Source: Candidatus Latescibacterota bacterium
GTDB lineage: Bacteria > Latescibacterota > UBA2968 > UBA8231
Assembly (NCBI GenBank): GCA_963422735.1
Contig: OY730476.1
Location: 2,528,001 to 2,592,000 of the forward strand
Direction: 5' to 3'
Length of the DNA: 64,000 bases
The notes beneath the pieces are model-generated. The model did no database searches. It had not been told where the DNA came from and was given only the letters and a program-made list of their open reading frames with translations. The position numbers were made by a program, and so were the translations under genes. Numbering within the stretch: position 1 is the stretch's first letter; each line of letters opens with the position of its first letter. Shown one piece after another: positions 39,815 through 49,560 of this stretch.

Positions 39815-40951
39815 ATGAAAATTGTCGATGTGAGTGCCGTGCTACTGCAACCCATGCCTTGGGTGCTGGTGAAGGTATGCACCGACGAGGGGATCACCGG
39901 CATTGGCGAGGCCTATCACGGGGCCGGCGTCCACCACATCGCCGTTGATGAACGCCTCACCCAACGCGCCCTCATCGGCCAAGATCCGCGCAACGTTGAC
40001 AAACTCTTCCGCGACATGAAAAGCTCGATGTCGGCGTCGGGGTACTACCAAGGTGCGGTGATGAGCGCGATTAGCGGCATTGAGATGGCGCTGTGGGATA
40101 TCACCGGGCAGGCGATTGGCGTGCCGATCTGGCAATTGCTGGGCGGCGCGTACCGCGACTCAATTCGCATGTACAACGACTGCCACGCCGGCGACGAAGA
40201 CGACAATCCCGAATCTTGGGCAGCCAAGGCCAAGGAAGTGGAAGCCCGCGGCTTTGACGCCATCAAGTTCGACATTGATCCGCGTCCCAACCGGCGCGAC
40301 CGCTACAACCGCACCATGAGCAACAGCGACATTGCCTTCCACATCGAAGTGGTCACGGCGCTCCGCGAAGCACTGCATCCCAACACGGATTTGCTCATCG
40401 ACGCCCACTGGGCCTACGCTCCCCACGACATTCTCAAGGTTGCCTACGCCTTGGAAGCACTAGATTTGATGTGGTTGGAAGATCCGGTTCCGGCCGAAAA
40501 TGTCGCCGCACTCAAAGAAGTGAAGACCGCGACGCGCACCCCGATCTGCACAGGCGAAAACCTGTACACGCGACACGGATTCCGCGAGCTGGTCGAGACG
40601 CAGGCGACGGATATCATCTCGCCCGATTTGGCCAAGGCCGGCGGCCTGTCCGAAGGACGGCGCATCGCCGATCTGGCCGACATCTATTACATCCCAATTT
40701 CACCGCACAACATCTGCAGTCCGATCGGCACCGTAGCCATGTGCCACGTATGCGCCGCTTCTCCCAACTTTCAAGTGTTGGAGTTTCACCACCTCGACAA
40801 CGAGCTATGGAGCAGCCTCACTGTGGAACGCGACCTGATCGTCAACGGGCGGATCCCCTTGCCGCAGGCCCCCGGTCTCGGGGTCGCACTCGACGAGGAG
40901 GTGGCTCGCGGCGCAGCGCGCGAGGACCTCGGCTTCTTCGACGCGGAATAG
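39815..40951 (+). CDS. Mandelate racemase/muconate lactonizing enzyme family dehydratase
   Basis: TDEGITGIGE, IEMALWDITG, KFD, IDAH, WLEDP, TGEN, PHN, PGLGV. Confidence 0.9.
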   Translation: MKIVDVSAVLLQPMPWVLVKVCTDEGITGIGEAYHGAGVHHIAVDERLTQRALIGQDPRNVDKLFRDMKSSMSASGYYQGAVMSAISGIEMALWDITGQAIGVPIWQLLGGAYRDSIRMYNDCHAGDEDDNPESWAAKAKEVEARGFDAIKFDIDPRPNRRDRYNRTMSNSDIAFHIEVVTALREALHPNTDLLIDAHWAYAPHDILKVAYALEALDLMWLEDPVPAENVAALKEVKTATRTPICTGENLYTRHGFRELVETQATDIISPDLAKAGGLSEGRRIADLADIYYIPISPHNICSPIGTVAMCHVCAASPNFQVLEFHHLDNELWSSLTVERDLIVNGRIPLPQAPGLGVALDEEVARGAAREDLGFFDAE

Positions 40952-40958
40952 AGCTGAT

Positions 40959-41960
40959 TTGTCGCTCAACTACGTCTTCCGTCGCCTCGGAGTGTTCCTA
41001 CTGGTCGTGTGGGCCGGGGCCACCATCAACTTCTTGATGCCCCGGCTGGCCCCGGTAAACCCCATCCGCGAGCGCCTGTTGCAGGCGGTTTCCTTCGGCG
41101 GTGCGGGCAAGACCGACATGGAGGCCGTGGTGGCCACGTACGAGGCTCGCTTCGGTCTCGATCAGCCCCTGTGGAAGCAATATCTCCGCTACCTTGGAGA
41201 TGTGGCGCGCCTCGACTTTGGGGTTTCCATCGCCAATTTTCCGAGCCGCGCTTCCGACATTATCATGCGCGCCCTGCCGTGGACGCTCGGCCTGCTGACG
41301 ACGGCGACGCTGATCGCCTTTGCCCTCGGCACGGTGCTCGGCGCACTGCTGGCTTGGCCGCGATCACCCGGTGCCCTGCACTACTTTGCCGCGCCCTTCT
41401 TGGCGCTGTCGGCGATTCCCTACTATCTGCTCGGCTTGGTTCTCGTATTCTTGCTGGGTTTCACCCTGCACGCTTTCCCTCTCGGCGGCGGCTTTACCTT
41501 GGGAACGCTACCTGGGCCGACCTTTGCCTTTGCCATCGACGTGATCTATCACTCTATCGTCCCTGCCCTGTCGATCGTGCTGTCGTCGGTGGGGTTTTGG
41601 GCTTTGTCGATGCGCGGCATGATGGTCACTGTCCAGGGCGAGGACTACGTCAACTACGCCGAGGCCCGAGGCTTAAAGAGCCGCGACATATTCTTCCGCT
41701 ACGCCCTGCGCAACGCTTTGTTGCCGCAGACCACGGCCTTGGCGCTGGCCATGGGCTACGTCGTGTCCGGGGCCGTGCTGGTGGAGGTGGTGTTCGCATA
41801 TCCGGGCGTGGGCACGGTGCTGTACCGCGCCGTGCAGACCTTCGACTACTTCGTCATCTACGGCGTTGTGCTCATGGTCATCCTCGCTATCGCCGTGGTG
41901 ACCCTGATCCTCGACTTGGTTTACCCGCTCCTCGATCCGCGCATTGTTTACCGTCGATGA
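40959..41960 (+). CDS. Peptide-type ABC transporter permease (DppB family)
   Basis: FGLDQPLWKQY, EDYVNYAEARGL, LDPRI. Confidence 0.88.
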   Translation: MSLNYVFRRLGVFLLVVWAGATINFLMPRLAPVNPIRERLLQAVSFGGAGKTDMEAVVATYEARFGLDQPLWKQYLRYLGDVARLDFGVSIANFPSRASDIIMRALPWTLGLLTTATLIAFALGTVLGALLAWPRSPGALHYFAAPFLALSAIPYYLLGLVLVFLLGFTLHAFPLGGGFTLGTLPGPTFAFAIDVIYHSIVPALSIVLSSVGFWALSMRGMMVTVQGEDYVNYAEARGLKSRDIFFRYALRNALLPQTTALALAMGYVVSGAVLVEVVFAYPGVGTVLYRAVQTFDYFVIYGVVLMVILAIAVVTLILDLVYPLLDPRIVYRR

Positions 41961-41966
41961 CGAGTT

Positions 41967-41992
41967 GGGCAACCACAAGGGATTGCCCCTAC
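41967..41992 (-). repeat. GTAG-type REP-like palindrome
   Basis: Minus strand GTAG-GGGCAA-TCCCTTGTGG-TTGCCC hairpin between two permease genes; partial copies at 15574-15589 and 20945-20954. Confidence 0.6.
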
Positions 41993-42018
41993 GGTGCTCC
42001 GCGCATGGCCTCTCGCCG

Positions 42019-42876
42019 ATGATGCTCTCGCCGATTTCCGCGGCAGCTCGCCGCCATCCCCAGCTTGCAGCCGGCTTAATCGTCGTCTTCGTGGTGATCG
42101 CCTTTGGTCCCGTGGGGACCCTGTTCGTCGATACGGATCTGGCCCGCGTCGGCTCGGCAGAACCCAATTTGTCGCCGTCGTTGGAGCATCTCCTCGGCAC
42201 GGACGCGGCCGGGCGGGACCTGCTCGCGGTAATGGTGGCAGGCACACCGCTCACACTCAGGGTTGGCTTTCTCGCCGGTGCCGTCGGTCTAGGCATCGGC
42301 ATTCTCCTCGGCTTTCTCGCCGGGTACTTCGGCGGCTTAGTGGACGCCCTGATCCGGGGTGCCGCCGACGTGCTGCTGACCGTGCCCGGCCTGCTGTTCC
42401 TCGTGGTGCTGGCCACCTCGTTGCGCACAGCCGTCACTGTTGATATGATGGCCCTCGTGGTGGCCTCGCTGGCGTGGATGCTGCCGACGCGCACGATCCG
42501 CTCGCAGGTGCTGTCGATGCGCGAGCGCGCCTACGTGCAGGTGGCCCGGCTCTCCGGCATGAGGGACTTGGAGATCATCGCCCGAGAGCTGCTACCGAAC
42601 CTGCTGCCCTATCTAGCGGCCAGCTTTGTCAGCGCCGTGGGGGCCGCGGTGCTAGCCTCAATCGGACTGGAAGCGCTGGGCTTGGGCCCCCAGAACGAGC
42701 CTACCCTCGGGATGACTATCTACTGGGCTTTGTACTATACCTCACTGCTGCGGGGAATGTGGTGGTGGTGGGCACCGCCGATAGTGATGATCGTACTGAT
42801 CTTCCTCGGCTTGTTCCTCGTCTCCATGGGATTGGACCGCATCGCCAATCCACGCATATGGCGGGTCTCGTCGTGA
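42019..42876 (+). CDS. Peptide-type ABC transporter permease (DppC family)
   Basis: HLLGTDAAGRD, RERAYVQVARLSG, WWWWAPP, ANPR. Confidence 0.88.
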   Translation: MMLSPISAAARRHPQLAAGLIVVFVVIAFGPVGTLFVDTDLARVGSAEPNLSPSLEHLLGTDAAGRDLLAVMVAGTPLTLRVGFLAGAVGLGIGILLGFLAGYFGGLVDALIRGAADVLLTVPGLLFLVVLATSLRTAVTVDMMALVVASLAWMLPTRTIRSQVLSMRERAYVQVARLSGMRDLEIIARELLPNLLPYLAASFVSAVGAAVLASIGLEALGLGPQNEPTLGMTIYWALYYTSLLRGMWWWWAPPIVMIVLIFLGLFLVSMGLDRIANPRIWRVSS

Positions 42877-43856
42877 ACGCCGAGAGCAAAAGCCGCGTCG
42901 TACTGCGGGTGCAGGATCTGCGCGTCCACTACCATACTCAAAGGGGCCCGGTGTGCGCTGTAGAGGGCGTCGGCTTTGAGTTGCGGTCGGGCGAGCGGCT
43001 GGGCTTGGTGGGCGAGTCGGGCTCGGGCAAATCGACGACGGCCACGGCCCTGATGCGACTGATCCGGCCGCCCGGCCGGATCGAAGCGGGCCGGGTCGAG
43101 CTCGACGAACTAGAGCTGCTATCGTTGTCCGAGGAGGAGATGCGGGGTGTGCGCTTTTCGCGCATCTCCCTGATCCCCCAGGGCGTGATGAGTTCGCTCA
43201 ACCCGGTGATGCGAGTGGGTGCTCAGATCGCCGACACGATTGAGGCACACGAGGAGCGGCCGGACCGCAAGGCTTTACAGGAACGGGTAAAAAGCCTGCT
43301 GGCGCTGGTCGAGCTGGACCCGGCGACGGCGCGCAGGTACCCCCACGAACTCAGCGGCGGCATGAAACAGCGCGTGGGCATGGCCATTGCCGTGGCCTTG
43401 CGTCCCCAAGTGATTATCGCCGACGAGCCAACCAGCGCCTTGGATGTAGTCGTGCAAAAGCGGGTGATGGACACCTTGTTCCGCGTGCAGCAGGAACTCG
43501 ACGCCGCGGTGATTTTGGTGGGCCACGATATGGGCCTGATGGCCCAATGCGTGGACCGCATCGGCGTAATGTACGCCGGTCGGCTGGCCGAGCTCGGGCC
43601 GGTGCAAAGCCTGCTCGAAGAGCCGCTGCATCCGTACACGCGCATGCTGGTAGAAAGCCTGCCGTCTCTGGAGCGCAAGGGCGTGTTTCGCGGTATCCCC
43701 GGATTGCCGCCCTCGCTGCTGGAGCCGCCGCCGGGATGCCCCTTCCACCCGCGCTGTCCGCAGGTGATGGACCGCTGCTCAAAGCGCGTACCAGCGCTAG
43801 AAGTGGTGGCTGCTGAGCACCGAGCGGCCTGTCACCTGCACACCGAGGTCTCGTGA
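42873..43856 (+). CDS. Peptide-type ABC transporter ATP-binding protein (DppD family)
   Basis: GESGSGKS, YPHELSGGMKQR, DEPTSALD, GCPFHPRC; GTGA overlap. Confidence 0.9.
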   Translation: MNAESKSRVVLRVQDLRVHYHTQRGPVCAVEGVGFELRSGERLGLVGESGSGKSTTATALMRLIRPPGRIEAGRVELDELELLSLSEEEMRGVRFSRISLIPQGVMSSLNPVMRVGAQIADTIEAHEERPDRKALQERVKSLLALVELDPATARRYPHELSGGMKQRVGMAIAVALRPQVIIADEPTSALDVVVQKRVMDTLFRVQQELDAAVILVGHDMGLMAQCVDRIGVMYAGRLAELGPVQSLLEEPLHPYTRMLVESLPSLERKGVFRGIPGLPPSLLEPPPGCPFHPRCPQVMDRCSKRVPALEVVAAEHRAACHLHTEVS

Positions 43857-44911
43857 GCACGCCGCTGATCGAAGCGCGGGGTGCCAGCCGAGCCTTTGGC
43901 GGCGGCGTGTTCGACCGGCAGCAGATCGTCGCAGTCGCCGACGCCTCGCTGGTAATCCCGGAGGATGAGCCTGTGGTCGTAGCCATTGCTGGCGAAAGCG
44001 GCAGCGGCAAAACCACCTTGGCGCGCCTGCTGCTGGGTATCCTACCTCCGACCGGCGGATTGGTGCGCTACCAAGGCACGGAATTGCGCCATCTCGACGC
44101 CAAGGTGCGCCAGATATTCCGCCGGCAGGTGCAGGCCGTGTTTCAGGATCCCTTTGAGGTGTTCAATCCGTTCTATCGGGTGGACCACCCCCTAACGGTG
44201 CCGGTTGCCAAGTTCTTCCCGGAATTGTCGCGCCACGAGCGGCGGCAGCGGATCGAGGAGGGGTTGCAAGCGGTCGGCTTGCGGCCGGAGGAGACCCTCG
44301 GGCGCTATCCCCATCAGCTAAGCGGCGGTCAGCGCCAGCGCATCATGGTGGCGCGAGCGCTGTTGCTCGACCCGCGCGTGATCGTGGCCGACGAGCCCGT
44401 GTCGATGGTGGACGCCTCGTTGCGCGCTACCATCTTGGAGACGCTGTCCCGCATCCACCGAGAGCGCGGCATCAGTCTTGTATACATCACGCACGACCTG
44501 ACTACCGCGTATCAGCTGAGCCACACCATTCTCGTCATGTACCAGGGTGCGGTGGTCGAGGTGGGCGACGTGGAGCAGGTCATCAAAGTGCCGCAACACC
44601 CCTACACGCAGCTACTTGTGAATTCTATCCCGCTGCCGGACGCAAAACGCCGCTGGGGAGCAGGCTCTATTGATGGCACGCCTAGCGGCGCAGTGAGGTC
44701 GCCGACGGTGGAAGAGGGAGCACTGGCCCCGAGCACCAGCGGCGGCTGCGCCTTTGCCGAGCGCTGCCCCCACGTCATGCCCCGCTGTCGCCAGCAGCGT
44801 CCGCCGCTGGTGCAGACCGATGCTGGTCGCGCTGCTGCCTGCTATCTCTACGAGGACGGGGCGGTGCTGTCGGAAGAGCAGGTCGCCGGCCTGTCCTACG
44901 GAGGTGGGTAA
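43853..44911 (+). CDS. Peptide-type ABC transporter ATP-binding protein (DppF family)
   Basis: GESGSGKT, LSGGQRQR, DEPVSMVD, HPYT, GCAFAERC. Confidence 0.9.
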   Translation: MSTPLIEARGASRAFGGGVFDRQQIVAVADASLVIPEDEPVVVAIAGESGSGKTTLARLLLGILPPTGGLVRYQGTELRHLDAKVRQIFRRQVQAVFQDPFEVFNPFYRVDHPLTVPVAKFFPELSRHERRQRIEEGLQAVGLRPEETLGRYPHQLSGGQRQRIMVARALLLDPRVIVADEPVSMVDASLRATILETLSRIHRERGISLVYITHDLTTAYQLSHTILVMYQGAVVEVGDVEQVIKVPQHPYTQLLVNSIPLPDAKRRWGAGSIDGTPSGAVRSPTVEEGALAPSTSGGCAFAERCPHVMPRCRQQRPPLVQTDAGRAAACYLYEDGAVLSEEQVAGLSYGGG

Positions 44912-45099
44912 GGGATGTGGTGCCCTGAACTGCAAGCCACCCGCGACGACATCGCGATTCGCCGCATCCGCATCGCCAAAGACCGGCTCGACAACGCAGT
45001 CGCGTGCGCGGCTCGGCAATCTCGACGAGACGACGAGATGATCCCGTTGATTGCCCTAGCTGGAGTGCTCAATAAGTCCGAGCGACAGGAAGGAGTCTG

Positions 45100-46251
45100 A
45101 TGGACGTCTTCGCGTTCCGCAAGGAGCTTATTTCAGAATACGAACGCTTCTCTCGAAGTTTCACCCAGATCCGGGCGGCAGAGGCGGCAGACATTCACAA
45201 AGCTGTTGATGAGGCTTACGCCAGTGGCCGTTTCTGGCCCGCTCCCCTCATCCAGTTGAACCCAAATTTCGTGCCGGATGGGTCTATTGACGAGTTTGTA
45301 GCAAAGGGCGCCCTCGAGGCGGAGTGCGCGAAGATCTTTCGCATCAAGAGCCCAACCGACCCCCTCGGCCAACCGCTCGTGTTGCACAAACACCAAGCCG
45401 AAGCCATAGCTATCGCCCGACGAGGCGAGAGCTATGTCCTGACAACGGGTACAGGATCCGGCAAATCGCTCAGTTACTTCATCCCCATTGTCAATGACGT
45501 ATTGCGGCGGAAGAAGTCCGGCGACCCCTGCAAGGGCATCTGTGCCATGGTTGTCTATCCGATGAATGCCCTGTGCAACAGCCAGTGCGAGGAGTTGGAG
45601 AAATTTCTCAAGCGCGGCTATGGCGAGGGTAGCCAACCGGTGACCTTTGCCCGTTATACCGGCCAAGAAACTAACGAGGAGCGGGAGCACATTGCGAAGA
45701 ATCCTCCCGACATCCTCCTGACGAACTACGTCATGCTCGAGTTAATCATGACGAGGTTCATAGAGACCGATAAAGCAGTGCGGCAACACGCCGCCGGGCT
45801 ACGGTTTCTGGTCTTGGACGAATTGCACACGTACCGGGGGCGTCAAGGGGCTGACGTGGCCATGCTGGTCCGGCGCGTGCGGGAGCGGTTCAACGAGAAT
45901 CTCCTCTGTATCGGCACCTCTGCCACCATGGCTTCAGAGGGTAAGGCCGAGGAGCAGAATGCGGCTGTTGCGAACATCGCCAGTCGGCTGTTCGGGGTCG
46001 CTGTCAGCGCGGACAACATCATCACCGAAACCTTGGAGCCCGTTACCAACGACGAAACGCCTAGCGATCCATCCAGCCTGAGACACGCCATCGAGACAGG
46101 CGTACCGGCGAGCCCAACCTACGATGAACTTTCAAGACATCCGGTTGCAGCTTGGGTGGAACGGAAGCTCGGCCTGGGGGATCATTGCCAACGGCTCGAA
46201 ACTGCGTCTCCTCCGCGACAACGCCAGCCTGACTCGGCCCGCCTGCATTGA
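45100..46251 (+). pseudogene. DEAD/DEAH-box helicase, N-terminal domain only (truncated near 46175)
   Basis: TGTGSGKS, YPMNAL, ARYTGQ, PPDILLTNYVMLE, DELH, SAT; no helicase-C domain. Confidence 0.8.
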
Positions 46252-49200
46252 GGCCGACTTGGACCTCATGTTCGCAGAGGCACTCTATGCGGATTTTGCG
46301 GCTTTCTGGCTCACCGTCCACGCCAGCCGTTTGCAGCCAACCAATGGCAAGCCGTCTAGTTGCATCATCGAAAGCTGGCGCACCCAAGCTCATCAGACCG
46401 GTGAACGCGCCTTAGACAATCTCCGCGACGGCGTCACCCAAGCCCTACGGCAGATCGGCAACGGCTTCCTACAGCATCCGGGCAACGATGCGCTGCGGAC
46501 CAACCTCGACGCGGGCAAGCTCTCGCCCGAGGGCTATTTCCAGCAGCTTCTCCGGTTCATTTACCGCCTGCTCTTTCTCTTTACGGCCGAAGAGCGCGAT
46601 CTCCTGCATATACCGGGGGCCACCAACCAACAGCGCACCCTGTTCGCCGAGGGGTATTCTCTTTCTCGGTTGCGCGACCGCGCCCTGCGCCGACGCCATT
46701 ACGACCACCACCACGATCTCTATGAGGGCCTGCGGATTACCTTCGGTGCGCTCGCCCAAGGGGTGTCTGCTCTGGGGCTGCCGGCTTTAGGCGGCTTGTT
46801 CCGCTCGGATCAGTGCCCGGATTTGGACGGGGCCGCCCTGGCCAATGAGCGGCTTTTGGAAGCGGTGAGGAATCTCGCTTTCTTCCGCACCGACTCCGCC
46901 CTTGCCCGCGTCAACTACCGGGACATGGGCACCGAAGAGCTCGGTTCGGTGTACGAAAGCCTCTTGGAGCTCCAGCCGGTGGTAGATGTGAACGCTGCGC
47001 CTTGGGCTTTTGGCTTTGTTGGCGATGGAAACGGAGAGCAGGCCGGAGGCTCGGCGAGAAAGCTCACGGGCTCGTACTACACGCCCGCTACGCTCGTGAG
47101 CGAGCTAATCAAATCAACGCTCGATCCCGTGCTCGCCCAAGCGGTCGCTGACCGTCCCGAAGATCCGCGGGCCGCCATTCTCGCCTTAAAGGTCATCGAT
47201 CCGGCATGCGGCTCCGGGCATTTCCTCCTAGCGGCGGCACGGCGCATGGCTGCCGAGATTGCCCGTATCGAGGCTGGTATGAGCAGATCCGGCGAGACTG
47301 CACACCAGCATGCGCTGCGGGACGTGGTGCAAAACTGCATCTACGGGGTGGATCGGAACTCGCTGGCGGTTGAGCTGTGCAAGACCGCCCTGTGGATCGA
47401 AACCGTGCAGCCGGGCAAGCCGCTGACCTTTCTCGATGCGCACATCTTGCACGGCGACAGCCTCGTCGGCGTTCTCGACCCGGAGATTATGGCAAACGGC
47501 ATTCCGGCCGCAGCGTACAAGCCCTTGACCGGCGATGATAAGGCCGTCTGCACCGAGCTCAAAAAGCGCAACCGCCAAGCGGGCGACGCGGTGCAGGGCG
47601 ATCTGTTCAATAAAGACAGCCTGCTCGAAGTGGCGGTGGCTACCTTAGACCTCGACGACATGCCCGAGGAAACGATTGAGGATGTAGAGAAAAAGCGCGC
47701 CGCGTATGCAGCCATGCGCGTACAGGAAGATCGCACCCAAGAGGAACTGCGGGCGAATTTGTTTGTCGGGGCGTATTTTGCCCAAAAGACGCGGGGCAGC
47801 ACGGACGCGGTGCCGATCACCGAGGATTTCAACCGCCTCGACGCCGGCTTGGTCATGCGGCCCGGCGTCTGTGATGCGGTTGGCAAGCTAGCCCGGGAGC
47901 ATCGCTTCTTTCATTGGCATCTGGCCTTTGCCGAGATCGTGCAGGATGGGGGGTTTGACGTGGTGTTGGGAAATCCGCCGTGGGAACGCATCAAGTTGCA
48001 GGAGCAGGAGTTTTTTGCGTCGCGGTCGCCGGACATCGCCCATGCTCCGAACAAGGCCGCCCGCGACCGGCTTATCAAGCAACTAGCCCTCGAAGACGCC
48101 CTGCCTGCTGAAAAGGCCCTTTTTGCCGAGTTCCAAACCGCACAACGGCGAGCCGAGGCCACTTCTCAGTTTGTCCGCACCGGGGATAGATTCCCGCTTG
48201 CCGGCATTGGCGATGTCAACACGTATGCGGTATTTGCCGAGTTGTTCTTCGAGTTGATCGGTTCGCGAGGGAGAGCGGGCCTGATCGTACCTTCTGGCAT
48301 TGCCACCGACCATTCGACCAAAGCGTTTTTCGACGAAATTGTCACCAACAAAAGACTCGTCAGCCTCTACGACTTTGAGAACCGGGAGAAAGTTTTCCCA
48401 AGCATAGACAGCCGGATCAAATTCTGCCTGCTCACGCTGACCGGCACCGAGCATCCCTGTCCACAGGCCGAGTTCGCCTTCTTCCTGCACCAAGCCGAGC
48501 AACTGCGCGATCCCGAGCGTCGGTTTGCGTTATCAGCGGAAGATTTCGCCCTGTTCAATCCCAACACCCGCACCTGCCCCATCTTCCGCACCCGGCGCGA
48601 CATGGAAATCGCCCGCAAGATGTACCGCCGGGCCGGCGTCCTGTGGAAGGAGGCGAAAGGCGGCGAGGAGGAAGTGAACCCTTGGGGCGTGAAGTTCCAG
48701 CGCATGTTCGACATGTCCAATGACTCCGGCCTCTTCCGCACCCGCGAGCAGTTGGAAGAAGCGGGCTGGCATCTTGTGGGCAACGCGTTCATGCACCCTT
48801 CGACGAGCAAGGAGCACGAGCAGTCCGTCGCCGGCATAGGCGACGCAACGAGCGGCCGCTACCTCCCCCTGTACGAAGCCAAGCTGTTCCACCAATACGA
48901 CCATCGCTTCGCCACCTTTGACGGGGTTTCGGAAAAAGACCGCAAAGGCGGCAAGGCCCGCCCCATGACGGCGGCGGAAAAAGCGGGCGCTCAGGCCGTT
49001 GTCCTTCCTCGATATTGGGTGCCAGAAGAAGAAGTGCAAAAAAGACTTGACAAAACCGGAACGACCGAATTTTTGACGACCGACAGGACAGGACAGGACA
49101 GGACAGGACAGGACAGGACAGGACAGGACAGGACAGGACAGGACAGGACAGGACAGGACAGGACAGGACAGGACAGGACAGGACAGGACAGGACAGGACA

Positions 49201-49357
49201 GGACAGGACAGGACAGGACAAGTCCTATTACGTCGCACTACGAGCAATCACAAGAGCTACGGACGTCCGCACGACGATCAGTGCAGTCGTGCCGCGAAAC
49301 GGACTGGGCAAGGGAACAGTCATCCGACTCAAGAATGGGAGTTGGCTTTGCGACTGA
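46124..49357 (+). CDS. Eco57I-like/type IIG N6-adenine DNA methyltransferase, phase-variable, N-terminus probably deleted
   Basis: RKLTGSYYTP, motif I DPACGSGHFL, motif IV GFDVVLGNPPW, YDFENR, NPNTRTCPIFR; contains (TGQDR)n. Confidence 0.88.
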   Translation: MNFQDIRLQLGWNGSSAWGIIANGSKLRLLRDNASLTRPACIEADLDLMFAEALYADFAAFWLTVHASRLQPTNGKPSSCIIESWRTQAHQTGERALDNLRDGVTQALRQIGNGFLQHPGNDALRTNLDAGKLSPEGYFQQLLRFIYRLLFLFTAEERDLLHIPGATNQQRTLFAEGYSLSRLRDRALRRRHYDHHHDLYEGLRITFGALAQGVSALGLPALGGLFRSDQCPDLDGAALANERLLEAVRNLAFFRTDSALARVNYRDMGTEELGSVYESLLELQPVVDVNAAPWAFGFVGDGNGEQAGGSARKLTGSYYTPATLVSELIKSTLDPVLAQAVADRPEDPRAAILALKVIDPACGSGHFLLAAARRMAAEIARIEAGMSRSGETAHQHALRDVVQNCIYGVDRNSLAVELCKTALWIETVQPGKPLTFLDAHILHGDSLVGVLDPEIMANGIPAAAYKPLTGDDKAVCTELKKRNRQAGDAVQGDLFNKDSLLEVAVATLDLDDMPEETIEDVEKKRAAYAAMRVQEDRTQEELRANLFVGAYFAQKTRGSTDAVPITEDFNRLDAGLVMRPGVCDAVGKLAREHRFFHWHLAFAEIVQDGGFDVVLGNPPWERIKLQEQEFFASRSPDIAHAPNKAARDRLIKQLALEDALPAEKALFAEFQTAQRRAEATSQFVRTGDRFPLAGIGDVNTYAVFAELFFELIGSRGRAGLIVPSGIATDHSTKAFFDEIVTNKRLVSLYDFENREKVFPSIDSRIKFCLLTLTGTEHPCPQAEFAFFLHQAEQLRDPERRFALSAEDFALFNPNTRTCPIFRTRRDMEIARKMYRRAGVLWKEAKGGEEEVNPWGVKFQRMFDMSNDSGLFRTREQLEEAGWHLVGNAFMHPSTSKEHEQSVAGIGDATSGRYLPLYEAKLFHQYDHRFATFDGVSEKDRKGGKARPMTAAEKAGAQAVVLPRYWVPEEEVQKRLDKTGTTEFLTTDRTGQDRTGQDRTGQDRTGQDRTGQDRTGQDRTGQDRTGQDRTGQDKSYYVALRAITRATDVRTTISAVVPRNGLGKGTVIRLKNGSWLCD
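49086..49220 (+). repeat. Simple sequence repeat (GGACA)27, preceded by one CGACA unit
   Basis: Perfect 5-nt tandem repeat of 135 nt inside the methyltransferase. Confidence 0.98.
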
Positions 49358-49560
49358 TCACAACAGCAACCAACCAGAGAACAGTGATAGCGTCTCTTAT
49401 TCCAGACACGGGCCTTGGTCACAAAGGAGCCGTCATCACGCTGGACGTTGGATCATTCCTTTTCGAAAAACCACCAATGCCACGAATGAGCGGACCGGCA
49501 TCGCTTCGTTCGTCCCAAGGTCAGGCATGAGCGATCGGGCACCACTTCTCTGTATCGAAG
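49220..49560 (+). repeat. Three tandem paralogous cassettes of about 37 codons, one per reading frame
   Basis: YVALRAITRATDVRTTISAVVPRNGLG / ELALRLITTATNQRTVIASLIPDTGLG / IIPFRKTTNATNERTGIASFVPRSGMS; aligned CGA codons at 49241, 49351 and 49464. Confidence 0.85.

Noticed and set aside
42474-42872. N-terminal extension of the 460-aa ATPase ORF
   Set aside because: Off-frame overlap with the permease; GTGA coupling indicates a start at 42873
44915-45100. 61-aa ORF coupled to the helicase start
   Set aside because: May be the tail of a deleted gene but has no recognisable motif
48789-49247. Minus-strand ORFs with (CPVLS)n repeats
   Set aside because: Antisense reading of the GGACA repeat; no independent coding evidence
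49455-49475. TTTTCGAAAAAC as a programmed -1 frameshift site
   Set aside because: Not a canonical X XXY YYZ heptamer in the relevant frame, and no evident stimulator
49081-49560. Possible CRISPR array or diversity-generating retroelement
   Set aside because: No repeat-spacer structure, cas or reverse transcriptase gene; cassettes are similar mainly at protein level, not by adenine-specific changes
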